Origin: an uncultured Gammaproteobacteria bacterium
GTDB lineage: Bacteria > Patescibacteriota > Patescibacteriia > UBA9934 > CAZDDW01
Length of the DNA stretch: 52,728 nucleotides
Assembly: GCA_964504365.1 (NCBI GenBank)
Contig: CAZDDW010000007.1
Location: forward strand, 1 to 52,728
Direction of reading: 5' to 3'
Made by a program: the position numbers and the translations under genes. How positions within the stretch are numbered: the stretch's first letter is position 1; the number at the start of each line of letters is the position of its first letter. Below, one piece after another: positions 10,019 to 18,979 of the stretch. A model generated the notes under the pieces. It did not search any database, had not been told where the DNA came from, and saw only the letters and a list, made by a program, of their open reading frames with translations.

Positions 10019-10855
10019 TTAGAGCAAGATGACGACAGCGACAACCATCGCCAACAGGATTCGGTAGAAAACAAATGGCCAGTAGCTAATCCTAGAAACT
10101 AAGGCCAATAGGAATTTTATTGCTAAAGCACCGGAAATCATGGCCATGATAAAGCCAGCTAGTAACGGTGCGAATTCGATATTAACAGATCCTGAGGATA
10201 AATCAAGTAAAGACTTGGCTCCTGCTGCCCCGATCGCCGGGACACTGAGCAGGAACGACCAGCGAGCTGCAGTTTTTCGATCTATACCTGAGAACAAACC
10301 GGCTGTGATTGTGATACCGGATCGCGAGGTTCCCGGGATCAGTGCCAGAATCTGAGCCAGTCCGATCACGATAGCCTGCCACCATTTTATATCCTGTATT
10401 TTCCTAGCCGCTTTAGCGGCGTCTCGATTCAAGACGGGGCTAAAGCCCCTGGGAATTCTTTGTGAAACAACATCAGCTGCACCAAGCACGATCGCCCAGA
10501 GTACAAGCGAGACCACGACCACGACTGGAGTGCGCAAGGTACCTTCGATAAGATCGCTAGCAAAATATGCAACAGCAAGAACAGGAATTGTAGACACGAT
10601 CAACATCCAAGCCAAAGATCGCTCAGGAGATGATGTTTTAGAAAAAAAAGCGCGGATTAGTTTTTTAATGTCGCGTCGCAGAACAACCAGCACAGCAACT
10701 AAAGTCCCAAGATGTACCACGATATCGAAAGCCAGATCCTGCAACGGCCAACCAAAAAACTCAGGAACTAAAATCAAGTGCCCTGATGAGGACACTGGCA
10801 AAAATTCTGTCAGTCCTTGAATGAAGCCTAGGATTATTGCTTGTAGTACTGTCAT
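10019..10855 (-). CDS. uppP: Undecaprenyl-diphosphatase
   Basis: GLTEFLPVSSSGH and PGTSRSG motifs; multiple TMs. Confidence 0.96.
   Translation of the reverse strand: MTVLQAIILGFIQGLTEFLPVSSSGHLILVPEFFGWPLQDLAFDIVVHLGTLVAVLVVLRRDIKKLIRAFFSKTSSPERSLAWMLIVSTIPVLAVAYFASDLIEGTLRTPVVVVVSLVLWAIVLGAADVVSQRIPRGFSPVLNRDAAKAARKIQDIKWWQAIVIGLAQILALIPGTSRSGITITAGLFSGIDRKTAARWSFLLSVPAIGAAGAKSLLDLSSGSVNIEFAPLLAGFIMAMISGALAIKFLLALVSRISYWPFVFYRILLAMVVAVVILL
10401..10455. repeat. REP-like hairpin doublet inserted in frame in uppP
   Basis: GCCGC-TTTA-GCGGC and GGGGC-TAAA-GCCCC closed by TTCCTA/TGGGAA; encodes IPRGFSPVLNRDAAKAAR. Confidence 0.75.
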
Positions 10856-10863
10856 AGATATTT

Positions 10864-10923
10864 GGGGACCGACACGCGTAAGCGTGTCATCTTAATCGAC
10901 CCCGCCATGGCGGGGTCGATCCC
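10864..10923. repeat. REP-like hairpin doublet
   Basis: GGGACC-GACACGC-GTAA-GCGTGTC plus a second hairpin GACCCCGCC/GGCGGGGTC, closed by GATCCC. Confidence 0.8.
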
Positions 10924-10924
10924 G

Positions 10925-11584
10925 TCAGAGCCGTGATTCAATCCAACTAACAACTATGCCGATCAACTCCGGCTTAGCATGCAACATATCATTTGCATGC
11001 CCGATCTTTTTCTCTTCAATCTTTTCTGTCACATCAGGTCGTAGCTCATGCAGTGCCTTTATACCTTCGAATGCACGATGTGTGTCATCGTTACTAGCCA
11101 CGAGCAAAATCTTCTGGTCATCTGTGATGCGCTTTATCAATTTATCTGTTTTGATTCCATGATAATCCAGAGCCGGTGACAATGACACACCGGTTTTAAT
11201 TCCTGGCCGATCACCCATAATCTTGATTACTAAATTCGCACCAATCGATCCACCAACCATGATCGTATTTGCATCTGTCGCACCCTGCTCGGCCAACCAA
11301 GCCAAACCACTTCGTACATCATGAATCTTTTTTTGTTGTTCCTGACTTGTAAATTGCATGTAATCCAGTGTTCCACCCTCAGTTGATTCACCATGTCCGC
11401 GCTCGTCAATCGCCAGCGAAGCAATGTTCTGTCGTGCTAATGCCGAAGCAAGTTCTTTCCAAGTCTCCTTGGTCGCTGGCATCATGTGCAACAACAAAGC
11501 AAAAGCCTTTGGCGATTCAACCGCGTAGTAATCTCCAACAATTGTAATTCCATCATCGGTTTTAAAAGATATCTTTTCGGACAT
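10925..11584 (-). CDS. Alpha/beta hydrolase
   Basis: LLLHM, IDERGHGES, GGSIG nucleophile elbow, C-terminal GH. Confidence 0.9.
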   Translation of the reverse strand: MSEKISFKTDDGITIVGDYYAVESPKAFALLLHMMPATKETWKELASALARQNIASLAIDERGHGESTEGGTLDYMQFTSQEQQKKIHDVRSGLAWLAEQGATDANTIMVGGSIGANLVIKIMGDRPGIKTGVSLSPALDYHGIKTDKLIKRITDDQKILLVASNDDTHRAFEGIKALHELRPDVTEKIEEKKIGHANDMLHAKPELIGIVVSWIESRL

Positions 11585-11723
11585 AATTGATATTCATTAA
11601 TCGTTCCTTGTCATATTGAAATTGCAAAGATTCTCCTGGATACAAATTGCCACGAATCGGATCGACTTCGATCACTTCGTTAATTTCGTCTTCGATCAGA
11701 TTGTCCAGGAAGTTGATTTTCAT
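11562..11723 (-). CDS. Small hypothetical protein (53 aa, MKINFLDNLIEDEINEV...)
   Basis: Below the ORF-track cutoff; fills the gap between a REP and the hydrolase, overlapping the latter by 23 nt. Confidence 0.45.
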   Translation of the reverse strand: MKINFLDNLIEDEINEVIEVDPIRGNLYPGESLQFQYDKERLMNINYVRKDIF

Positions 11724-11729
11724 AAATTC

Positions 11730-11786
11730 GTAGGGACCGACAAGCGTCAGCTTGTCAATTTGACAGGCTTACGCCTGTCGATCCCT
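11730..11786. repeat. GTAG-type REP doublet
   Basis: GTAG-GGACC-GACAAGC-GTCA-GCTTGTC and inverted GACAGGC-TTAC-GCCTGTC-GATCCC. Confidence 0.85.
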
Positions 11787-13526
11787 TCATCTATTCTCCA
11801 TATAAACACGATAACACGGCTTACAGTAAATCTTGCGCTGTGGAAAAGCTAAGTTCTTTGCTACAGTTAGCGCCGTATTACACTTATCACATTTTGTTTC
11901 TTCAAACACAGCAATGTTAGCCCGACGAATCATGTTCTGCATACGGTATACAGGATGACAGTTAGGTGGCGCGATATTGAACTTGCGATAATACTCTATC
12001 TCAGGTTTTAAGAAGGCAAAACGTCGTCCATGCTCTTCATCCATGATCGGCACACCAACCCAATCTTCCGGATCAAGCTCTTCGGCTGTGTCTGGAATGT
12101 CTTTGTTCGATCGGGTTTTTGAAGAATCAATTAAATCTTCACCAATCGCACCCTCAGACTCTGGATCAAAATCTAATGCACCAAGTTTCTTCCCTGTCTC
12201 TTTATCAGCCCCAAAGTACAATGCTGCTCCAGACTGTGGAAAATAACACGGTGAATATTTGAGTGGAAAAAACTGACCATACTCCCCCACTTCTAACATC
12301 TGTAGTTTGATCTGATCAACTAGTTTCCAATACTCTTCTTCGGAATATTCTTTGTTAAAGATACAAAACTTCTTACGCTGCAAACCAATACAACCAAAAC
12401 AATTCTCGCAATTATAACAAGCTGTGCAATATTCAAGGTCCTGCGCATTGTTACATGAAAAACAAAAACGACAATTAATTCCCTGACTCATATCAACACA
12501 ACCATAAGAGTCAGCAACATTGTAAACACTAATACAATAAGCATTGTCGTGTGTATCCTGAGCAACAAAACTACATCGATACAAATCACGGGCCGCTTTT
12601 ACACACTGATAACAATATTTGCAATTTCGAGTATTAAACAAATACTCTCCAACAGAACCCTCATCATCAAAACTCATCTTCTCAGGCCAAACGCACTCAC
12701 GCATCATTTGATCAAATTTCTCTTTATATTTTTCAACCTCAGCTCTGGAACGCAAGTTAATTTCTGACATTTTCTCTGCATACTCCTCTTTACTCAACCG
12801 CTCGTTCATGAACAAATATTTCTTACGCTTCCAGTTCGTTGCCCCAAAAGACATTTCAATGTCAGAACACAAAAACAGAAAAGCAGAGCTTTGAATGTTG
12901 TTACAATCACGAATATAGCGAGAGTTGAAAATACGCGCCGCATCATCAACATTAACAGAACGTTGAGCTGTTTCAACGTTGTGTATCTCTGTTGACTCTT
13001 CAACCTTACCAGTCCAAATACAAAAAAACGAATTCTTACACTTGTCATTAAGGACAGTAAAGTAAGAATTAATGTCACCGTATGAATTTAAAGCGATTGA
13101 ATTTTCTGGCACTTCAGAATTACGGGATGCATTCAACGGCACTTCTAGTTGCAGTTCATGTAACTGATCAAAAAACGGACGACCAGACTCGTACTTACGA
13201 TTAACTGAAGAAAAATCCTGATTAAACCATTCCTTGTCTGGCAGAACTTTAATCTTGGTTGCCGGATGCACGTAAGTCAAAATCGGCTTCTTATTCGCTG
13301 GATGACGCTGCCACCACCACTGGTAACCAATCATGTACCCGGCCATGATCCTGTTCCGTGTCAACGGCGCCAAATCGGTCGCCGGTACCTGCATCTTTTT
13401 TAACCAATCAATTTCTTCCTGGTCCAGTTGCCACTTACCATTAGCTAACGGACATGTTCGCTCACCTGGTTTAGTATCAGCAAGCATTTGTTCTAGTCTT
13501 TTGTCGAATTGTGGAGTCTTTGACAT
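11787..13526 (-). CDS. Cys-rich repeat / zinc-ribbon protein, array copy 7
   Basis: Shared MSKTP N-terminus, CxxCxxCFGCxGL..KKFCIFNK motif, C-terminal CxxC..YCxxCY. Confidence 0.9.
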   Translation of the reverse strand: MSKTPQFDKRLEQMLADTKPGERTCPLANGKWQLDQEEIDWLKKMQVPATDLAPLTRNRIMAGYMIGYQWWWQRHPANKKPILTYVHPATKIKVLPDKEWFNQDFSSVNRKYESGRPFFDQLHELQLEVPLNASRNSEVPENSIALNSYGDINSYFTVLNDKCKNSFFCIWTGKVEESTEIHNVETAQRSVNVDDAARIFNSRYIRDCNNIQSSAFLFLCSDIEMSFGATNWKRKKYLFMNERLSKEEYAEKMSEINLRSRAEVEKYKEKFDQMMRECVWPEKMSFDDEGSVGEYLFNTRNCKYCYQCVKAARDLYRCSFVAQDTHDNAYCISVYNVADSYGCVDMSQGINCRFCFSCNNAQDLEYCTACYNCENCFGCIGLQRKKFCIFNKEYSEEEYWKLVDQIKLQMLEVGEYGQFFPLKYSPCYFPQSGAALYFGADKETGKKLGALDFDPESEGAIGEDLIDSSKTRSNKDIPDTAEELDPEDWVGVPIMDEEHGRRFAFLKPEIEYYRKFNIAPPNCHPVYRMQNMIRRANIAVFEETKCDKCNTALTVAKNLAFPQRKIYCKPCYRVYMENR

Positions 13527-13545
13527 AGTGAAACTATTGTACCAT

Positions 13546-13572
13546 GTGGGACCGACAAGCGTAAGCTTGTCA
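13546..13572. repeat. Single REP-like hairpin
   Basis: GGGACC-GACAAGC-GTAA-GCTTGTC. Confidence 0.8.
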
Positions 13573-15306
13573 CCCATTAGTTTCCAAATATTTTAGATAA
13601 CACTCTCGGCAATAAACTTTTCGATCTGGATATGTAAAGTTCTTGCCGATTCGGATTGCGGAGTCGCACTTCGAACAACTTGCATCTTCGAACACGGCTG
13701 TGTTCATTTCTTTCTGAATATCCAACAAGCGCGTAATAAAATGTTTGTTTGGCGGGGCGATTCGTTTTTTATGATACCACTCGATCTCAGGCTTTAAAAA
13801 CGCAAACTGTCGGTTCTTGTCCGGGTCAAACACTGGCTTCCCTGCCCACTCTTCGGCACCGAAGTCATCTAAAGCGTCCGGAATCTGTTCAACAGTCTTC
13901 CCTGTTTCTGGATCAAACTCAGCAAATCCACTGGCCCCGTTCGCATTCGGATCGTATTCATCCACTCCAAGCTGCTTAGCCTCTTTCTCGCCACATCCGA
14001 AAAATGCTGGCGCACCTGCTTCGTAAAAATATGATCCAGAAAAATTAGCTGGGAAAAACTCACCGTACTCGCCACGTTCTAACATGGCACACTTTAACTC
14101 ATCAACACGCTGCCAATACTCTTCTTCAGAATACTCTTTGTTAAAAATATGAAACTTCTTGCGCTGTAGCCCAATGCAACCGAAGCAGAACTCGCAATTA
14201 AAACAATTCATGCTGTATTCCATATCCTGACACTGAATCATATTATAAGAGAACTTGATATTCGAACCTTTCATAATACAGGAATTGTAGCACCGACTAG
14301 ATCCAATGCATGATGAAGAAAAAGCAACATCCTCAGAATTATCAATCGTGTGTGTACAGCAATAAACATTCGGTCCAGAGTTGAGTCCGAAGTATGAGTT
14401 CTTCACATCCGTAACATTTGTTAAGTACTCACCAGTTGATCCCTCGGCCTTTTCATTAAAATTCTCTGGCCAAACTGAATCTTTTACCAACTCTTGGAAA
14501 CGTTGACTGTATTCTTCAAAAACAGAACGCTTACTTAGATCTATCTGAGCCACACGTTCTCGCCACTCATTTTCTGTGAGCTGCTCGTTAAAAAACAAAA
14601 ACTTTTTATTTCTTTTGTTTGTTGCTCCGAAACAATTTTCGCAACGCCGACAGTCGAATAAAAAACTAGATTGGACACAGTCTCTTGAATGCCGAACTGT
14701 GCGGCAGTCATGCAGTCTTTCACTATGCAAAATATCATACGAACCAGTCACGTGGTGACCATAAGCCACTAACATCGAATCTTCACAGCGAAATGCATCA
14801 ATGCTGAAGAATCCATTCTTCATGCTGCAAGCCATGACAAAATAACTATTCACGTCTCCGAGTGAGGTCAAACAGATAGAATTCTCAGGCTCTTCGATAT
14901 TACGGCTAGCATTGAATGGAACGTCGAGCTCGAGCTTTCGCAACTGTTCGATAAAAGACTTTGCGGAATCGTACTCGCGACCAAACGAACTGTAATCATT
15001 ATCAAACCACTCTTTATCTGGAATGGCTTTAATACCACTGTTCGGGTTGTATCCACTGAGCACCGGCTTGTCTGTTTCAGGGTGCTTGTGCCACCACCAT
15101 TGGAAATTTGTAAAGAAACAGCTCAGGATCTTTAACCTGGTCTCAGGCGATCGACGAGATGGTGGTACGTTGAACTTTTTGTACCAAGAAATTTCCTCAT
15201 TCGTCATTTCCCATTTTTCATTCGTTAATTCACAATCCCGCTCGCCAGGCTCGAGCACATCCAAGATCTCTTTAATTTTCGCATCGTATTTTGGGGTTTT
15301 TGACAT
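13570..15306 (-). CDS. Cys-rich repeat / zinc-ribbon protein, array copy 6
   Basis: Same motif set as neighbours; 578 aa. Confidence 0.9.
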   Translation of the reverse strand: MSKTPKYDAKIKEILDVLEPGERDCELTNEKWEMTNEEISWYKKFNVPPSRRSPETRLKILSCFFTNFQWWWHKHPETDKPVLSGYNPNSGIKAIPDKEWFDNDYSSFGREYDSAKSFIEQLRKLELDVPFNASRNIEEPENSICLTSLGDVNSYFVMACSMKNGFFSIDAFRCEDSMLVAYGHHVTGSYDILHSERLHDCRTVRHSRDCVQSSFLFDCRRCENCFGATNKRNKKFLFFNEQLTENEWRERVAQIDLSKRSVFEEYSQRFQELVKDSVWPENFNEKAEGSTGEYLTNVTDVKNSYFGLNSGPNVYCCTHTIDNSEDVAFSSSCIGSSRCYNSCIMKGSNIKFSYNMIQCQDMEYSMNCFNCEFCFGCIGLQRKKFHIFNKEYSEEEYWQRVDELKCAMLERGEYGEFFPANFSGSYFYEAGAPAFFGCGEKEAKQLGVDEYDPNANGASGFAEFDPETGKTVEQIPDALDDFGAEEWAGKPVFDPDKNRQFAFLKPEIEWYHKKRIAPPNKHFITRLLDIQKEMNTAVFEDASCSKCDSAIRIGKNFTYPDRKVYCRECYLKYLETNG

Positions 15307-15317
15307 ATGTTTCGCAA

Positions 15318-15375
15318 GGGACCGACACCCGTAAGGGTGTCACCCTAATTGACAGGCTTACGCCTGTCGGTCCCC
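15318..15375. repeat. REP doublet
   Basis: GGGACC-GACACCC-GTAA-GGGTGTC..GACAGGC-TTAC-GCCTGTC-GGTCCC. Confidence 0.85.
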
Positions 15376-15378
15376 GAA

Positions 15379-17109
15379 TTAACCATTTTGTTCTAAATAT
15401 TTTAGATAACACTCTCGGCAATATACTCTCCGCTCAGGGAACTTCAGGTTTTTGTAAGTGACAATATCGGCCTGACACGAGTCGCATTTGCAAGATTCTT
15501 TAAGTGGTGAATTTGAGTGACGAATCAAATCTGTTAACCGAGAAATAAAATGACGCCGCGGAAACGGCCAACGCTTCTTTTTATAAACTTCAAACTCAGG
15601 CTTGATTACAGAATAATCTCGATCAAGCTCAGGATCATGAATTGGTACACCAACAAAACGCTGTGGATCAATCTCTTCAAGGCAATCAGGAATACTTTCA
15701 ACAGAGACTGATTTTTTCTCAGTATGTTGTGCTGAGAGAACAAGCCCACGACCCGCATCAAGCCTTTTCACTTTCCAATGGTCAAGTTCTTCATCGCTGA
15801 AACCAAAATATATTTGACCAAGTGAATATTGAAAGCCGTGCGAAGCAAACTTTGTTGGCCAAAACTCTCCATATATTCCCTCATCAAGCATGCGGCATTT
15901 TATCTCATCTAATTTCTGCCAATATTCCTCCTCTGAATACTGCTTGTTAAAAATACAATGCTTGCTTCGCTTTAATCCAAAACAACCAAAACAGTTCTCA
16001 CAATCAACACAAAAAGCACTGTACTCACAATTAATCATTGCTTCACCTGCCATACAGAATTTATTTTTTGCACTTCTTGATGTACCTGTATTCAGATACG
16101 TATCTTTGGCCCAACCAGAACCTGAAACATAAGCACAGTTCTCGTTCTCGAGCCCGAATCTGGATCGGTATATATCTGTACTGCGACGCATCCAATAACA
16201 ATCTTCACACCTCACACATTCTAAAACACGTTCACCAGAACTATTTTCATTTCTAAAAGAAAAAGTTTCTGGCCAAACCGTTTCTTCTTCTAATAGTTTA
16301 TGAAATTGCGCACGATACTCCTGAGCAACTGAAAAACATGATAGATCAACTTGCTTGCGACGCTCATGCCATTCTTTTTCTGATAACTGTTGATTAAACC
16401 AAATGTATTTTTTATTGCGCTTATTAGTTGCTCCAAAACAAAATTCACAATTACGACAATCAAAAATATAACTAGAACTTATGCATTCTGATGATTCAAA
16501 AGCAAACTCACAATCAGAAATTTTATCTGACCCATTAACAGAAAAAGATCTGTTAATACCTTCACCGTTTGCAATATCTACTGAGTCCTCGCTGTAGGCC
16601 GCGGTATAGGTGTAGAAACAACGATTAACCATTGAGGCGCAGGCCATAAAACTATCAACTGATCTGAACGAGGCCATGGCAACAGTGTTTTCGCAGGCTG
16701 TGCTACGGGTAGCTTTTTCTGGAACACGAAGACGTAATTTCCAAAACTGATCCCAGATCGGTTCGTTCGAGTTGTATGAAAAACCTTTATCCAAAAAATC
16801 ATGTTCGTCCCATTCGGTATCCTTCATGACTGAAATTTCTGAGTCCGGATGCACTGACGAAATAATCACCTCATCATGAACATCTTTTTTCCACCACAAT
16901 GCAAAACCAGTATTGAACCCGCTTAAATAATTCAAGCGCATCACAGGTTCGGTCTTACTCGGTGGGACATTGAACTTACGACAAATCTCAATTTCTTTCT
17001 CATCCAAAATCCAGGTCTTACCTGATAACGGACAAACTTGTTCTTGTCCTGGCTCAAGCCCGTCAAGGATCTTTTTTACTTTTGCATCGTATTTTGGTGT
17101 TTTTGACAT
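15379..17109 (-). CDS. Cys-rich repeat / zinc-ribbon protein, array copy 5
   Basis: Start set at the conserved MSKTPKYD (17109). Confidence 0.9.
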   Translation of the reverse strand: MSKTPKYDAKVKKILDGLEPGQEQVCPLSGKTWILDEKEIEICRKFNVPPSKTEPVMRLNYLSGFNTGFALWWKKDVHDEVIISSVHPDSEISVMKDTEWDEHDFLDKGFSYNSNEPIWDQFWKLRLRVPEKATRSTACENTVAMASFRSVDSFMACASMVNRCFYTYTAAYSEDSVDIANGEGINRSFSVNGSDKISDCEFAFESSECISSSYIFDCRNCEFCFGATNKRNKKYIWFNQQLSEKEWHERRKQVDLSCFSVAQEYRAQFHKLLEEETVWPETFSFRNENSSGERVLECVRCEDCYWMRRSTDIYRSRFGLENENCAYVSGSGWAKDTYLNTGTSRSAKNKFCMAGEAMINCEYSAFCVDCENCFGCFGLKRSKHCIFNKQYSEEEYWQKLDEIKCRMLDEGIYGEFWPTKFASHGFQYSLGQIYFGFSDEELDHWKVKRLDAGRGLVLSAQHTEKKSVSVESIPDCLEEIDPQRFVGVPIHDPELDRDYSVIKPEFEVYKKKRWPFPRRHFISRLTDLIRHSNSPLKESCKCDSCQADIVTYKNLKFPERRVYCRECYLKYLEQNG

Positions 17110-17120
17110 ATGTATTTTGA

Positions 17121-17171
17121 GGAGTGACAGGCGTAAGCCTGTCATGATGACACCCTTACGGGTGTCACTCC
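17121..17171. repeat. REP doublet
   Basis: GGAGT-GACAGGC-GTAA-GCCTGTC..GACACCC-TTAC-GGGTGTC-ACTCC. Confidence 0.85.
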
Positions 17172-17176
17172 CCGAA

Positions 17177-18907
17177 TTAACCATTTTGTTCTAAATACTT
17201 TAAATAACACTCATGGCAATATACTTTTCTGTTTTGATAAGCCAGATTACGAGCAACAGAAATCTGTTTACTGCATTGTGAACATGCCTGCTCATCAGCC
17301 ACTGCCAAATTTATTTCATTAAACGCTGTCCAGACTTTATTATAATAATGCATTTGCGAGGCCGGTATTCGATTTTTTTGACAGAACCTTAACTCACTAT
17401 CCGTAATTGAAAATGGACGATTGATCTGTTTATCGAGAATCGGCACATTGACCCAGGACTGGTCAACGTCGTCGATATTATCCGGCAACTGATCAACATC
17501 CCGGGCTTCATCTAACCTTTCAGCCAAGGGACCAAAGGCCCCTTTGTCAGAAAGCTGATAATCTGGAAGATCAAATTTTTTATATTCCTCAAGAGTCATG
17601 CCAAAAATCCAACGCCCACCTGTATCCGGAATATAACTTTGCCCCATTGACCAAGGAAAGAAATTTCCATATTCTCCAGCATCCAACATGGCGCATTTTA
17701 ATTCGTCTAAACGCTGATAGTACTCTTCTTCAGAGTATTCCTTATTAAAAATATGAAAACGCTTTCGCTTCAAACCAACACAACCAAAACAATCTTCGCA
17801 AGAGTAACAATTAATACAATACTCACAGCCAATGGAATCTGAGCAGGTCCAACAAAACTTACAATCCTCACTTTTAATCATGACTGAAAATTCATAACAG
17901 TTTGATGAGAAAGGACCGTCACATTGATAACAATCTCGAGCATTGTTGTACCAACAGCCCCAGCCTGAATGATTTGCTTTTTCTCCATAGTAGACATGAT
18001 CACAATCAACACAATCAATTAGATACTCACCGCTACTTGATTCAGAATTAATATTAAAGTTCTCCGGCCAAACAGCTTGTTCATTAACAACCTGTTTAAA
18101 TTGATTATTACTTTGATCAAAGACGGAACGCAGACCCAGGTCAACCTCAGCCCGTCGCTTCTTCCATTCTTCCTCAGAAAGCTGCTCGTTCCACCATAAA
18201 TATTTCTTGTTCCGTTTATTCCAAGCTCCAAAACAATTTTCACAATTTCGACAGTCAAAAATGAAATCACAATTAAAACAGTCACGTGACTCGCGCACGA
18301 CTTTTGAATCAGAGATGCGATATGAATGCAAGACATTAAAGGCCCGGGAAATCTGACCTGACAAAAAGACTTCCATAGCGTCTTCATACTCAATTCCATC
18401 AGAACAATAAAAACTTCGCTTTGACTGCGTGCCGATACAAAAGTAACTGTTTTCGTCACCAAGCGAACAAAGCGTGACTGAATTGATCGGCTCAATAAAG
18501 TTTCGTGACGCGTTGACCGGGACAACTTTAGTCAGGTCTTTTATCTGTTCAAGCGGGGTCCTGTTTGAGTCCACCTCTTGAGCAAGTCTTGAAAAATCAT
18601 CCTGATGCCAGTCTTTATCATTCATCACTTTCCAATCCGTACAAGGATGCACGTGGGTAACAATGCTTTTGTTGGTTTTACAATCAGTGTTGTAAAGCAT
18701 TTGGCAACCCATAAAAAACCCAGTCCGGATCTTCCACCTTGTATACGGCGCCCGATCCGACGGTGGGACATTGAACTTGCAATACCAATCAATCTCAGTT
18801 TGATCCATGTTCCACTTCTCGCCAGTGATTGAACAAGTCCGCTCACCAGGTTCAATGGTGTCGAGGATCTCTTTTATCTTGGAATCATATTTGGGTGTTT
18901 TTGACAT
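17177..18907 (-). CDS. Cys-rich repeat / zinc-ribbon protein, array copy 4
   Basis: Conserved MSKTPKYD start and array motifs. Confidence 0.9.
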   Translation of the reverse strand: MSKTPKYDSKIKEILDTIEPGERTCSITGEKWNMDQTEIDWYCKFNVPPSDRAPYTRWKIRTGFFMGCQMLYNTDCKTNKSIVTHVHPCTDWKVMNDKDWHQDDFSRLAQEVDSNRTPLEQIKDLTKVVPVNASRNFIEPINSVTLCSLGDENSYFCIGTQSKRSFYCSDGIEYEDAMEVFLSGQISRAFNVLHSYRISDSKVVRESRDCFNCDFIFDCRNCENCFGAWNKRNKKYLWWNEQLSEEEWKKRRAEVDLGLRSVFDQSNNQFKQVVNEQAVWPENFNINSESSSGEYLIDCVDCDHVYYGEKANHSGWGCWYNNARDCYQCDGPFSSNCYEFSVMIKSEDCKFCWTCSDSIGCEYCINCYSCEDCFGCVGLKRKRFHIFNKEYSEEEYYQRLDELKCAMLDAGEYGNFFPWSMGQSYIPDTGGRWIFGMTLEEYKKFDLPDYQLSDKGAFGPLAERLDEARDVDQLPDNIDDVDQSWVNVPILDKQINRPFSITDSELRFCQKNRIPASQMHYYNKVWTAFNEINLAVADEQACSQCSKQISVARNLAYQNRKVYCHECYLKYLEQNG

Positions 18908-18918
18908 ATGTTTCATGA

Positions 18919-18976
18919 GGGACCGACACCCGTAAGGGTGTCACTTTAATTGACAGGCTTACGCCTGTCGATCCCC
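18919..18976. repeat. REP doublet
   Basis: Nearly identical to 15318-15375. Confidence 0.85.
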
Positions 18977-18979
18977 AAA

